Below are positions 1 to 9,420 of a DNA stretch of 64,000 nt, in pieces. Origin of the DNA: Candidatus Deferrimicrobiaceae bacterium (GTDB lineage: Bacteria; Desulfobacterota; Deferrimicrobia; Deferrimicrobiales; Deferrimicrobiaceae); assembly GCA_963792415.1 (NCBI GenBank), contig CAWBVY010000004.1:128001-192000 (forward strand), given 5' to 3'. The position numbers were made by a program, and so were the translations under genes. The notes under the pieces are model-generated. The model made no database searches. It was given only the letters and a program-made list of their open reading frames with translations, and was not told the DNA's origin. How positions within the stretch are numbered: the first letter of the stretch is position 1; every line of letters starts with the position of its first letter.

Positions 1-657
1 CCGCGACGTCCCCTGGGCCAGCAATCTCCCGTCGGAGATGTAGGCCAGTTTATGGCACCGCTCCGCTTCGTCCATGTAATGGGTGCTCACCAGCACGGAG
101 ATGCCGGCGGCGGAAAGCCGCTGCAGCTCTTCCCAGAAGTCCCGCCGCGCCCCCGGGTCGACCCCCGCCGTCGGCTCGTCCAGGAGCAGCAGTTCCGGAT
201 CGTGCAGGAGGCAGGCGGCCAGGGCCAGCCGCTGTTTCCAGCCGCCGGAAAGGGTCCCGGTCAGCTGGTTCGCCCTCTCCGTCAGGCCGAGCCCCGTAAG
301 GGTCCGGTCCACCGCCTCGCGACGGTCGGGCATGCCGTACATGCGCGCCACGAAATCCAGGTTCTCGCGGATGGTCAGATCGTCCCAGTAGGAGAACTTC
401 TGGGTCATGTAGCCGACACGTCGCTTGATCTGCGCGCTGTCGCTCCGGATGTCGTATCCCAGGCAGTTCCCGCTGCCGGAGTCGGGCCTGAGCAGGCCGC
501 ACATCATGCGGATGGTGGTCGTTTTCCCGCTGCCGTTCGGGCCGAGGAACCCGAGGATCTCCCCGCGCCGCACCTGCAGGGAAACATCCTTCACGACGTG
601 CTTGTCGCCGAAGCGCTTGTTCAGCCCACGGACGTCGATGGCGTATTCGTCGCTCAA
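1..657 (-). CDS. ABC transporter ATP-binding protein (3' end runs off the window)
   Basis: Manual translation from TTG at 657 (overlaps the HlyD stop): MSDEYAIDVRGLNKRFG...GPNGSGKTT (Walker A)...LSGGWKQR (signature)...LLLLDEPT (Walker B). Not in the ORF track because there is no stop in the window. Confidence 0.93.
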   Translation of the reverse strand, partial: MSDEYAIDVRGLNKRFGDKHVVKDVSLQVRRGEILGFLGPNGSGKTTTIRMMCGLLRPDSGSGNCLGYDIRSDSAQIKRRVGYMTQKFSYWDDLTIRENLDFVARMYGMPDRREAVDRTLTGLGLTERANQLTGTLSGGWKQRLALAACLLHDPELLLLDEPTAGVDPGARRDFWEELQRLSAAGISVLVSTHYMDEAERCHKLAYISDGRLLAQGTSR

Positions 658-1691
658 CGCATCCTTACCTCGACAGGCTGCCCGGGGTGGAGGTCGGGAG
701 CCTTGTCCGCGGAAGGACGGGCCTCGATCATGTACACCAGCTTGGACCGGGTCTCGTTGCTGTAGATGATCGGGGGGGTATATTCCGATACCGTCGAGAT
801 ATAGGTCACCTTCGCAGGAATCTCCGCCGGGCAGCCGTCGCAACGGAGGACGACGTCCTTCCCGACGGAGAGCGTGCCGACGACGGCTTCCGGCACGAAG
901 AAACGCACCTTGATGTTTTCCGGCGGCAGGAGGCGCACCACCGGACTTCCGGCCTGCACCCATTCGCCTTCCCGGTACAGGATGTCGAATACCAGCGCCG
1001 GACCCGGGGCGGAGACCGCCTTCTGATGCAGCATCCAATCCGCCTGTTCCAGGGCTGCGCGGGCCGCGGCCACGTTGGCGGCCTGGGCCTTGATCTGTTC
1101 GTGCCGGGCCGACAGCCCCGCGACGTCGAGCTGGCTCCTCAGCTCCCGGATCCGCGCCGCGTCCGATGCGGCCCGGGCGCGCGTCTCGTCCAGCCGGGCC
1201 CTGGGAATCACCTCCGCCTTGTACAGGGCTTCATCACGGACCAGATCGGCGGAGGATCTCTTCTCCTCGGCGACCGCCTGCGCAAGCTGCGCCCGGATCA
1301 CGTCAAGCTCCTGCGGACGTTTGCCCGTGCGAAGGTCCTCGAGCTGGGCTTCCGCGGCGGAAAGCTGTTGCCTTGCCTGGCGTCGAGCGGCGGCTTCGTT
1401 TTCCGATTCGAGGGCGAACAGCGGCGTCCCGGCAGGGACCCGCTGTCCCTCGGTCACCAGCAGACGGTCCAGACGTCCCCCCACGGAGGACGCAACGTGG
1501 ACGAACTCCCCCTCGACATATCCCTGATAGGCGGGGGGCTGTTTCCCTGAGCAGCCAGTCAACGTCACCAACGCCGCCAACAATGGCAGGCACCTGTTTC
1601 CGATCCGGGATCTGGGAGCGGGATGCGTCAAGGTCACCTCCGGAGCTGCCGGCCTCTTCGGATCGCGGGGCTTGAATCCGTAACGGATCAT
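654..1691 (-). CDS. HlyD-family periplasmic adaptor (probable lipoprotein); true start probably downstream of 1691
   Basis: LTGC lipobox, YQGYVEGEFVHVAS, coiled coil, EYTPPIIYS motif; coupled to the ABC ATPase. Confidence 0.9.
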   Translation of the reverse strand: MIRYGFKPRDPKRPAAPEVTLTHPAPRSRIGNRCLPLLAALVTLTGCSGKQPPAYQGYVEGEFVHVASSVGGRLDRLLVTEGQRVPAGTPLFALESENEAAARRQARQQLSAAEAQLEDLRTGKRPQELDVIRAQLAQAVAEEKRSSADLVRDEALYKAEVIPRARLDETRARAASDAARIRELRSQLDVAGLSARHEQIKAQAANVAAARAALEQADWMLHQKAVSAPGPALVFDILYREGEWVQAGSPVVRLLPPENIKVRFFVPEAVVGTLSVGKDVVLRCDGCPAEIPAKVTYISTVSEYTPPIIYSNETRSKLVYMIEARPSADKAPDLHPGQPVEVRMR

Positions 1692-1755
1692 CGCCGACGG
1701 ATGGAACCACCGCGGGCGGATGGCACCGAGCCCCCCGAGGCTCGGTTCTTACCTG

Positions 1756-2406
1756 TCAGGGAGCCACTTTTCTTTTCGTCATCTCGCTGACGTTGTCGAT
1801 GACCGCTCTCAAATCCAGGTTCTCTTTTTCCAGCGCCGATATCCTGCCCTGCAGTTCGTCGATCAGCGCCTTGAGTTTTTCCCCCTGCTGCGCTTCCTGC
1901 CGGGCCGCGGACAGCTCCGTCTGAAGCCGGTCCTGTGCGGCGACCTTTTCCGCGATCACCTGCTGCTTCTGCTTCAGCTGGTCTTTCAGGGTGCGGACCT
2001 GGTTATCCAGCCCGGCGATCCGCCCTTGCAAATCGGCATTTTCCGCCTTAAGCTGCTTTCGCTCGTCCGCCACTTTTTCCGCTTCCGAGATCCTCGCGTT
2101 CAATCCGCTCATGGAAACCGTCATCCGGCTCATTTCCTGCGCGGAGTTATCCAGCTGGCCCTTCAAGGCCTGGTTCTCCGCTTTCATCGCCTCGGCTTCC
2201 CGCGCGTTGCCCTTCAACGCTTCGACCTGCGATGCCAGATCCTGGTTCCTCTTTTCGATCCGTTCCGCCGCATCGCCCACTTTCGCCACCAGTTCCCGCA
2301 GATCCGCCTTTTGGTCGTCCTTCGGTTTCCAGATCGTATAGCCGCCGAAGAGTCCCGCGAGGAAACCGATCACGACGAGTCCGATGACGATCTTTGCCGT
2401 TTTCAT
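1756..2406 (-). CDS. N-terminally membrane-anchored long coiled-coil protein
   Basis: Hydrophobic N-terminus IVIGLVVIGFLAGLFGGY followed by about 180 aa of heptad-rich sequence; AGGAGG RBS. Confidence 0.8.
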   Translation of the reverse strand: MKTAKIVIGLVVIGFLAGLFGGYTIWKPKDDQKADLRELVAKVGDAAERIEKRNQDLASQVEALKGNAREAEAMKAENQALKGQLDNSAQEMSRMTVSMSGLNARISEAEKVADERKQLKAENADLQGRIAGLDNQVRTLKDQLKQKQQVIAEKVAAQDRLQTELSAARQEAQQGEKLKALIDELQGRISALEKENLDLRAVIDNVSEMTKRKVAP

Positions 2407-2469
2407 GCGAAACCCTCCTTGGCGTACTGCGTCATTCCTGCCGGTTGGCGCAACGCGAGACGATCCGGG

Positions 2470-3924
2470 TTATTTGGGCTGGGGAACGCTCCCCGTGTAG
2501 AACGTCTCGCACTTCGACGGCTCCAACAGCTTCGCGAGCTGCCGGGTCTGCTCGAAAAGCCCCAGGATCGGCGCCGCCACGGACTGCAGCGCGTTCACCC
2601 TGTCCACCTTGGGGTTCCGGAACGGGCCGCTGATCTTCTGCCGGAGCGTCGCGCACCCCTTCGCGTCCAGTACCGCCACCGTGACGTCCAGGAACCGGTC
2701 GTTCACGATATCCAGCTTCCCCTTGAGGGCGATCCGATTCTTCCGCGTCGCGAAGGCGACGTCCTTCGTCTCGGCGATGCCGTTGTGCACCGTCCAGTCG
2801 GAGACCAGTTTCGTCACCCTGGTCTCCCCCGTTTGGGCGGCAGCCCCGTAGACGCCCCCGAAGCTGTACCCTTTCGTGGCCGCGGATCCCAGCGGGCCGG
2901 CCAGCAGAAAGGCGCCCATGTCCGCCAGGTTCAACTGCTTCGCCTGCTCCGCCTTCGACAGCACGGCGTCGATATCGACGCCCTGGACGGTCAGGCCCTC
3001 CCCCCACAGGGACACCTGCCCGCTCGCCGTCCGCTTCATCTCCTCTTTCCCACTCCCCTGGAAGGAGAGGTTCTCGGACAGCGTCAAGGGGCCGCTCAGG
3101 TATTTTTTGGCGGATACGGCGGCGAGCGATTCCTCCGCGCGGAAATTCGACACCGTGTATTTTACTTTCAGGTCGGGTTTCGCCTTCGACAGGTCGGCGC
3201 GGATCTCCCCTTCTCCCTTCCCGCCGAAGAGCTTCATGGTAAACGGGCGGACATCGAAAACCCCGCTGGCGGCCGTGACGTTCGCCTCCACGTCCGAGAC
3301 GGCAAGGTCCCGGGCCGTAATCGCCTTCACGCCCAAGGTTCCCGAGAACCGGATCCCTTTGACCAGCGGCACGCCGGTATTTTCCGGAAGGGAAAGGTCC
3401 TTCACGGAGAGGTTGATTCCCGAAATCTCCGTCTTTGCGCCATCCTTCCGGTCCAGGTAGACGAGTCGGCCGTCCCTCACGACGGCGTTTGCCACCGAAA
3501 GGGGGATTCCCGGACCCGCGGATTCTTTCCCGGCGGATTCCTTCACGACGGGCGGAGTCCAGGTGTTGAGTCTTCCGGCAGCGCTTTTTTCAAGATGGAT
3601 CACCGGCTTTTCGAGAATCAGATCCGTGACCTCCACCCGGCGGCTGAGCAGGGGGAGCAGCTTCACCCCCACCCGGAAGGTTTCCGCCGACACCAGGTCC
3701 GATCCGTGGTTCCGCAGCCGGATGTCGGAGAAGGAGACGCCCGCCGGGGGAAGAAACCTGAGACCTGCCTTCCCCTGGATCCGGAACTCCATCCCCAACG
3801 CGTCGGACACCGCGCTCTCGATCCGGGGCTTGTACGCGTTCGGATCGACGAGGAAGATGACCGCGATCCCGGCAAGGACAAGAAGCCCCGCCAAGGCTGC
3901 GAGGACGACGAGCGCCTTCTTCAT
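2470..3924 (-). CDS. AsmA-family protein
   Basis: N-terminal TM followed by VDPNAYKPRIE; beta-rich body; AsmA-like C-terminus. Confidence 0.88.
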   Translation of the reverse strand: MKKALVVLAALAGLLVLAGIAVIFLVDPNAYKPRIESAVSDALGMEFRIQGKAGLRFLPPAGVSFSDIRLRNHGSDLVSAETFRVGVKLLPLLSRRVEVTDLILEKPVIHLEKSAAGRLNTWTPPVVKESAGKESAGPGIPLSVANAVVRDGRLVYLDRKDGAKTEISGINLSVKDLSLPENTGVPLVKGIRFSGTLGVKAITARDLAVSDVEANVTAASGVFDVRPFTMKLFGGKGEGEIRADLSKAKPDLKVKYTVSNFRAEESLAAVSAKKYLSGPLTLSENLSFQGSGKEEMKRTASGQVSLWGEGLTVQGVDIDAVLSKAEQAKQLNLADMGAFLLAGPLGSAATKGYSFGGVYGAAAQTGETRVTKLVSDWTVHNGIAETKDVAFATRKNRIALKGKLDIVNDRFLDVTVAVLDAKGCATLRQKISGPFRNPKVDRVNALQSVAAPILGLFEQTRQLAKLLEPSKCETFYTGSVPQPK

Positions 3925-3962
3925 GGGGGGTTCACCTCCAGGCTGGAATCACGGGTGCTGTA

Positions 3963-4382
3963 TTGATCATGCCCCGGCCGGACGATCCGGTCAAACGGCA
4001 GGACGTGTTTCGACGGGATCCGGTCGGGCGAAAGGGAAGCGGCGCCTGCGGGCATATTGAGCGAGTTCGAGGAGACGATGGCGAAGGGGACCAACCCGTA
4101 AAAAAAAAGCACCTTCTCCGCAAAGCCATCGAGTGGCAAGATCTCCTGGAATCCGGAAGGATTGCCAGCCAGGCCGATATTGCTCGTCAGGAGGGAATCA
4201 CCCGTGGTCGGGTCACCCAGATAATGGGCATGCTGCGGCTAGCACCGAAGATCCGGGAGGAAATCCTGTCGATGCCTGCCGTTGTTCGTCGCCCCCCCTT
4301 AACAGAACGAGCGCTCCGCCCGATCGCAACCATCAACGACTATCACGGTCAGAATCAGGAATTCCACAAGCTCTTGGGCTAA
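3963..4382 (+). mobile_element. Relic of an integrative-element protein (HTH region resembling the C-terminal/partner segment of large serine recombinases)
   Basis: RKAIEWQDLLESG..SQADIARQEGITRGRVTQIMGMLRLAP; no catalytic domain; next to a degenerate tRNA 3' half. Confidence 0.55.
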
Positions 4383-4400
4383 GCATACCGTCTTTCCGTA

Positions 4401-4450
4401 TGGCGCCTAAGGCGGGATTTGAACGCGAACGGGTTTCCCCACCACCTCCC
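4401..4450 (-). pseudogene. Degenerate 3' half of a tRNA-Leu-like gene (probable att-site relic)
   Basis: Minus strand GGGAGGTGGTGGGGAAACCCGTTCGCGTTCAAATCCCGCCTTAGGCGCCA: variable arm GGG-GAAA-CCC, T-loop GTTCAAATC, CCA end; no D-arm or 5' acceptor strand. Confidence 0.55.
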
Positions 4451-4575
4451 GGATTCGAGGCCCGCAGCTCCATGCGGGACCTCCCGCATCGTTGTGCGGC
4501 TTGAGGATCCCGTCCCCCTTTTTCATCAGAGGCGACCATGCCGTGCCGCCCAGTGAAAAATCCAGAAACAGGCGG

Positions 4576-5343
4576 TCAGCCTGCGGGCTCCTCCTCTTCG
4601 CTCAGCGGCTTGTGCAGCTTCACCGGCTCGGCGGGACGCCGTGCGTGCATCCGGATGTTGAGCATCTCCACCGCCACCGAGAAGGCCATGGCGAAGTAGA
4701 TGTACCCCTTCGGGATATGGAAATTCAGCCCCTCGGCGATCAGGGCGACGCCCACCATGATCAGGAAGCTCAGGGCCAGTATCTTGATGGTGGGGTGACG
4801 GTCGACGAAATCGCCGATGGGCCCGGCGGCCAACATCATGATGCCCACCGCGATTACGATAGCGATCACCATGACCGGCACGTGCTCCGCCATGCCCACA
4901 GCCGTGATGACGGAATCCAGCGAGAAGACGATGTCGAGAAGGGCGATCTGCGTCAGGACCGCGCCCAGGGTGTCGGCTGTCCCGCCCGCGTCCCCGTGTT
5001 CCGGTTCCGGCCCCTCGAGGCTCTTGTGGATTTCGTGGACACTCTTCCACAACAGGAAAAGGCCCCCGCCGACCAGGATCAGGTCCCGCCCGGAGATGTC
5101 CATCCCGGCGATCGCGAACAACGGTTCCACCAGTCCCATGATCCAGGCCAGCGAAAGCAGCAGCAGGATGCGCATCCCCATCGCGAGTACCAGTCCGACC
5201 CGGCGCGCGAAATTGCGCTTCTCCCGCGGCAGGCGGCCGACGAGGATCGAAATGAAGATGATGTTGTCAATGCCGAGGACGATTTCCAGCGCCGTCAGGG
5301 TCGCCAGGGCGATCCATGCCTGCGGATCCGTAATCCAATGCAT
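4576..5343 (-). CDS. TerC-family integral membrane protein
   Basis: LEIVLGIDNIIFI and DIVFSLDSVITAVG motifs; start MHWITDP. Confidence 0.93.
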   Translation of the reverse strand: MHWITDPQAWIALATLTALEIVLGIDNIIFISILVGRLPREKRNFARRVGLVLAMGMRILLLLSLAWIMGLVEPLFAIAGMDISGRDLILVGGGLFLLWKSVHEIHKSLEGPEPEHGDAGGTADTLGAVLTQIALLDIVFSLDSVITAVGMAEHVPVMVIAIVIAVGIMMLAAGPIGDFVDRHPTIKILALSFLIMVGVALIAEGLNFHIPKGYIYFAMAFSVAVEMLNIRMHARRPAEPVKLHKPLSEEEEPAG

Positions 5344-5515
5344 CGGGGGAACCCACCTTTTTGTTGTTTTGTTAGTACCGAAGCGGTTGTGCACATTCGA
5401 ACTGGTGGAAGGCGACAAGTCAGATCCTCATAAATCCCCGAACGGGAGATTTGAGGCCTTCCTTCCCTTGGTGCCGCCAAAGTGGTACACTTTGAGCGGG
5501 AAGGAGGGATCCCCG

Positions 5516-5743
5516 ATGCCTGCAAGGAATCCGAGAGTGAACGTGGTGCTGGAGAAACCGCTCTACGAAGCGGTCGATCACCTGGCGAAGGAAGAAGGCG
5601 TTTCCCTTTCGACGGCGGTGCGAGACCTCGTCAAAGAAGCGATCGAGATCCGGGAGGACATCGATCTTGTCCGGTTTGCCGAGACGCGGGAGAAAACCCT
5701 GAGGCGTTCCCGGGCGCTCTCGCACAAGGACGTCTGGGGATAA
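5516..5743 (+). CDS. Ribbon-helix-helix type II antitoxin
   Basis: MPARNPRVNVVLEKPLY..LSTAVRDLVKEAIE..LSHKDVWG; AGGAGG RBS; directly upstream of the toxin. Confidence 0.85.
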   Translation: MPARNPRVNVVLEKPLYEAVDHLAKEEGVSLSTAVRDLVKEAIEIREDIDLVRFAETREKTLRRSRALSHKDVWG

Positions 5744-5744
5744 C

Positions 5745-6107
5745 GTGGCGTATACGGTCAAGTATCACCCCGACGTCAAGAACATCGATCTCCCACGGAT
5801 CAACGTGAAAATGCGGGAGCGCATCCGGAGGGCGATCGAGTCCCGCCTGATGACGGCGCCCCAGGAGTACGGACTTCCCCTTAGGAAAAGCCTGAGGGGG
5901 TATTGGAAGCTTCGGGTGGGAGATTACCGCGTCGTTTTCAAAGTCGAAGGCGAGATGGTTTACGTCCTCGGCATACGCCACCGGAAGAGCGTTCATGAGG
6001 ATGTGACGGGACGGATCAAGATAAAAAAACGGAGAGCGCGATCGGCACGCTCTCCGGAACTTTGCTGGCTCCCTGGGCAGGACTCGAACCTGCAACCTAG
6101 TGGTTAA
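5745..6107 (+). CDS. RelE/ParE-family toxin; ORF extends antisense into tRNA-Asn
   Basis: YGLPLRKSLRGYWKLRVGDYRVVF..IRHRKSV. Confidence 0.88.
   Translation: MAYTVKYHPDVKNIDLPRINVKMRERIRRAIESRLMTAPQEYGLPLRKSLRGYWKLRVGDYRVVFKVEGEMVYVLGIRHRKSVHEDVTGRIKIKKRRARSARSPELCWLPGQDSNLQPSG
6023..6056 (-). terminator. Intrinsic terminator of tRNA-Asn
   Basis: Minus strand CGGAGAGCG-loop-CGCTCTCCG followed by T7, about 10 nt after the CCA. Confidence 0.8.
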
Positions 6108-6141
6108 CAGCCACCCGCTCTGCCGGTTGAGCTACCAGGGA
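6066..6141 (-). tRNA. tRNA-Asn (GTT)
   Basis: 76-nt cloverleaf TCCCTGG..GGTGG-CTGTTAA-CCACT..GCAGG-TTCGAGT-CCTGC-CCAGGGA-G-CCA. Confidence 0.98.
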
Positions 6142-6187
6142 ACGTGCTACGGCAGACCAGAAAATATAGTCCCGGCGGCGGGTTCCG

Positions 6188-7180
6188 TCAAGCGGAACTG
6201 TTCGGGGCAAGCGCACCCTCCGGAGAGACTCCATTCGCGATCAGGCGGACCTCCCCCGTCTTGGCCTGCGTGGGAAGGTTCCGCCGGACCCATTCGTCGA
6301 ACCCGCCGTGGAGCACTCCCACCCGGTCGTACCCCCGCTTGATGAGGATCCGCGCCAGACTGGCGCTGGTGGCCTCGCCCGGTCAGGTGCAGTAGAAGAC
6401 CAGGTCGCGGTCCCGCGGGAGGTGCATGGCGTGCCGGTGGAACGACGCGGGCCGCAACCGCGCCGCGCCGGCGATCATCCGATCCGCGGCGTCGAAATCG
6501 TCGTCGCGCCGCAGGTCGATGACGAGGAGATCCTCCCCTTCGCGCATCCGCCGGTGCACCTCGTCCGGGTCGAACCGCTTGCCGCCGTACTTCTTCACCA
6601 GCCAGAACCGATACCCGATCCGCCAGGCGATCGTGGCGGCGAGACCGGCCAGCAGGAGCCACCCCATCATCCCCTGAACGCCGCGCGCCGTCTCGGCGAT
6701 CCGCTCCCCGAAGGCGAACCCCAGGGCGACGGCCGCACCCGCCCACAGGAGTGCGCCGGCGAGGTCCAGCAGGAGAAAAACGGATATCGGCACCGCGGAG
6801 ACCCCGGCCAGCGGCGGCATGATCGTGTTCACGCCCGGGAGGAACTTCGCGAAGAGGATCGTCGCCGCCATCCTGCGATGGAACCCGTCGACGGCCCGCT
6901 CCAGGCAGGCGTCGGGGTTGAACGAAACCCGGCAGAGGTGCGTAAGCACCCCTTTCCCCTTCCATCGGCCGACAAGGTACCAGATCGTATCCGCAAGGAG
7001 CGCCCCCGCGGCCGCCGCGACGAGAACCATCAGGAGCGCGGCGTGCCGGGTGGAGGCGTACGCCCCGGCGAGCATCAGCACGGGGAACGCCGGAACGGGC
7101 AACCCCGTATTTTCGAGAAACGTGAACAGGAAGACCGCGGTCACCCCGTACCGGGCGACGAGGCCCGTGAAGTCATCCAT
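6188..7180 (-). CDS. DedA/VTT-rhodanese fusion selenoprotein (Sec266, TGA at 6383-6385)
   Basis: After YCT-TGA the frame continues PGEATSASLARILIKRGYDRVGVLHGGFDEW, completing the rhodanese domain; SECIS-like hairpin follows. Confidence 0.88.
6352..6366 (-). promoter_or_regulatory. Putative SECIS element
   Basis: GCGCCA-GTC-TGGCGC, 16 nt after the UGA. Confidence 0.7.
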
Positions 7181-7284
7181 CGATTACCTCCCCTCCGCCT
7201 TTTCCCCCCGGAGGACCGGGCAAGTGGAACCAAATCCCATCCCCGTCTTGGGATGCCGCCGCGACAGGGAAGGATACCGGACCA

Positions 7285-7596
7285 TCACCACCAGCGCCAC
7301 ATGGCGATGACCAGCAGCACGGCGAACACGAGGAAGAGGTTGAGGGAAGTCATGAAGTAGAACGCCTTCAGGTGCGGCGGCTTCCCCTCGGGCGTTCCTT
7401 TCCCCACGAGCTTTCCGACAACGGGGAGTTGCCGGACCGGGTCCTCGCCGTGAGGGGCAAGCTTGAGCATCCCGTGGGAGGCGGCGCACTCCTTCCCGGT
7501 CCGCCGCGCGAACTCTTCGGTGGCCAGGCCCCGGGCCGGGAACAGGAGCAACCCGAAGAGCAGGGCCGTCCCGGCGAAGATCGTAAGTCACCGCAA
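7285..7596 (-). pseudogene. Decayed gene, probably a cytochrome c-type membrane protein
   Basis: TGA in the signal-peptide region, EEFARRTGKECAASH (broken CxxCH), then almost immediately a C-terminal TM, implying an internal deletion. Confidence 0.5.
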
Positions 7597-7622
7597 TGGA
7601 CGGAAAGGAGCGGCCCCTCCGG

Positions 7623-8630
7623 TCATTTCTTCGCACGGTCCAGGAGGGAGAATCCGAAGAGGGCCCAGAAGTAGTCTCTCCTCGTTCCCGCCGAACCGCT
7701 TTTTCCCCCCGCCATGTTCTCGGCCGCCAGTTGCCCCTGCCGGATGGCGCTGCGCCATCCGAAGTTGATCCGGCTCGTTCCGCTGGCCTTGTCCGTGAAT
7801 TCCGCGCAGTCGCCCGCCGCGTATACGTCGGGGAGGCTCGTCCGCAGGAATTCGTCCACCACGATCCCGGTCCGCACCCCCACGCCGCTCCCCGCCAGAA
7901 AGCCGACGAAGGGAATACGCTCCGTGCGACAACGACCAGGGAACAGGGGATCTCTTCGCCGCTGCGCGTTGCGGACCAGCAGTGATGCGGCGCCCGTCTC
8001 CCGGACCTCGACGATATCGTCCCCGTCCTTGATCCGCGTCCCCCGGTTCCGCACGTCGTCCAGGATGCTCGCCTCGAGCTCGCCGGCGATCGGGTAGCCG
8101 TATCTCGGCGTGTCCGGCTTGATCCATACGACTTCCTTCTTCGCTTTCCGCAGCGCCCGGCACGCCTTCGATCGCCAGGTAACCAGGGCCGTACACCACC
8201 GCGGCGCCCGGTGCGGCCCGCCCGCTCCTTGATGGCGATGGCGTCTTTCCAGGAATCGAACGATCCGGATCATGGGGCTATCCATCTTCAACGCCGACGG
8301 CACCTCCGGCTTCCCTCCGGTGGCGACGAGAAGGACGTCGTACCTTCTCGCGTCGCCGTCCGAGAAGTCCACCATCTTGTCCTCCACGTCCAGCCGGACG
8401 GCCGACGCCCGTCAACCATCCGGACACTTTTTCCCGCCAGGTCCCGCCCTTGCGGATCGAGGATCGGCTCGCCGTGGCGTCCCCGAGGATCAGGTCCGGC
8501 AGGAGCGGTCGCAGGTACGGGGCCTCCGTCTCCTCGGTCACGATGATGATCTCTCGTCGGACCTCGCCTTCCTGATGGTTTTCGCCGCTGCGATCCCCGC
8601 GGGGCCGCCTCCCAGGATCAGATACCGCAT
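7623..8630 (-). pseudogene. Frameshifted NAD(P)/FAD-dependent oxidoreductase (NirB/rubredoxin-reductase-like)
   Basis: MRYLILGGGPAGIAAA start at 8630; YDVLLVATGG, GIVVDEFLRTS and VYAAGDCAE motifs lie in different frames. Confidence 0.8.
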
Positions 8631-8675
8631 CGCGCACCTCCGTGCCGCGCCAGGCATCCCCGGCGCATCCTTCGG

Positions 8676-9332
8676 TTAATGCCCGTGGGGCGCCACCGGC
8701 TCCGGGTGCGGGACGGCGTGGCCATCATGCCCCCCTCCCTCTCCCGTCCCGTGGGCGATCGGCGTTGTCGCGTCGGCGTAAAGCCGTTCGACGAAGTGCA
8801 GGTACGGGACGTACGCCGCAACGTATGCCCGCCCCGCCTCGACGCTCTCCCCTGCGTGGGCTTTCTTCTCCCTCGCCGCCACGAAGTACTTGTGGATCCC
8901 GTCGTGGACCTTCCCGTCGATGAGCTTCACCAGCTCTTGCGGGTTGCCCGTTTCCAGCGCCTTGTCGGCCGCGGGGATCGCGGGGCCCGGGTCGAGGCCC
9001 GCGGGCTTCAGCCCCGAGTACGGCGCCCCCTCCCCGGCCCGGTGGACCCGCACGAGCGTCTCGAAGAAGTACGTATCGGCCAGTTCCCTCTCCTTCTCCC
9101 CCTTGCTTCTCACGGCCACCGCGAGATCAAACGCCTTCCGGATCTCCGCCTCCTTGTCCGCCGCCACCCAGGGAAGGACGATCTTGACGTCCCCCTTGGC
9201 GAGCGCCTTCCGGGCAAGATTCACGACCGGGCCGTCCAGCGTGTCGCAGTGCGCCAGGGCGTTCCCCGCCGTCGCCAGCACCAGGAGGATGACCGCCGCC
9301 GTCATGCTGCCGAGGATTCTCCTGAGTTTCAT
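8676..9332 (-). CDS. Secreted DUF6448-like protein
   Basis: Signal peptide then HCDTLDGPVV; FFETLVRVHRAGEGAPY; His-rich tail. Confidence 0.85.
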   Translation of the reverse strand: MKLRRILGSMTAAVILLVLATAGNALAHCDTLDGPVVNLARKALAKGDVKIVLPWVAADKEAEIRKAFDLAVAVRSKGEKERELADTYFFETLVRVHRAGEGAPYSGLKPAGLDPGPAIPAADKALETGNPQELVKLIDGKVHDGIHKYFVAAREKKAHAGESVEAGRAYVAAYVPYLHFVERLYADATTPIAHGTGEGGGHDGHAVPHPEPVAPHGH

Positions 9333-9420
9333 CGTTCCCTCCACCCCCCTCCTGTCTTCGGTCGGTCCGTCCGTAGGGGGTTTTCTGGCTCCAGCATCCC
9401 CCACGTCCCCCCTCGCCGCC

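Noticed and set aside
1720-3966. Long antisense or alternative-frame ORFs in the track (e.g. 1720-3966, 31669-34866, 38093-40417, 48770-51004)
   Set aside because: Shadow ORFs of real genes, expected from high GC3; Arg/Pro-rich and without motifs
7588-7590. In-frame TGA near the start of the cytochrome-like remnant as possible Sec
   Set aside because: Lies in a signal-peptide region, not at a Cys-equivalent site; no matching hairpin; gene is otherwise decayed
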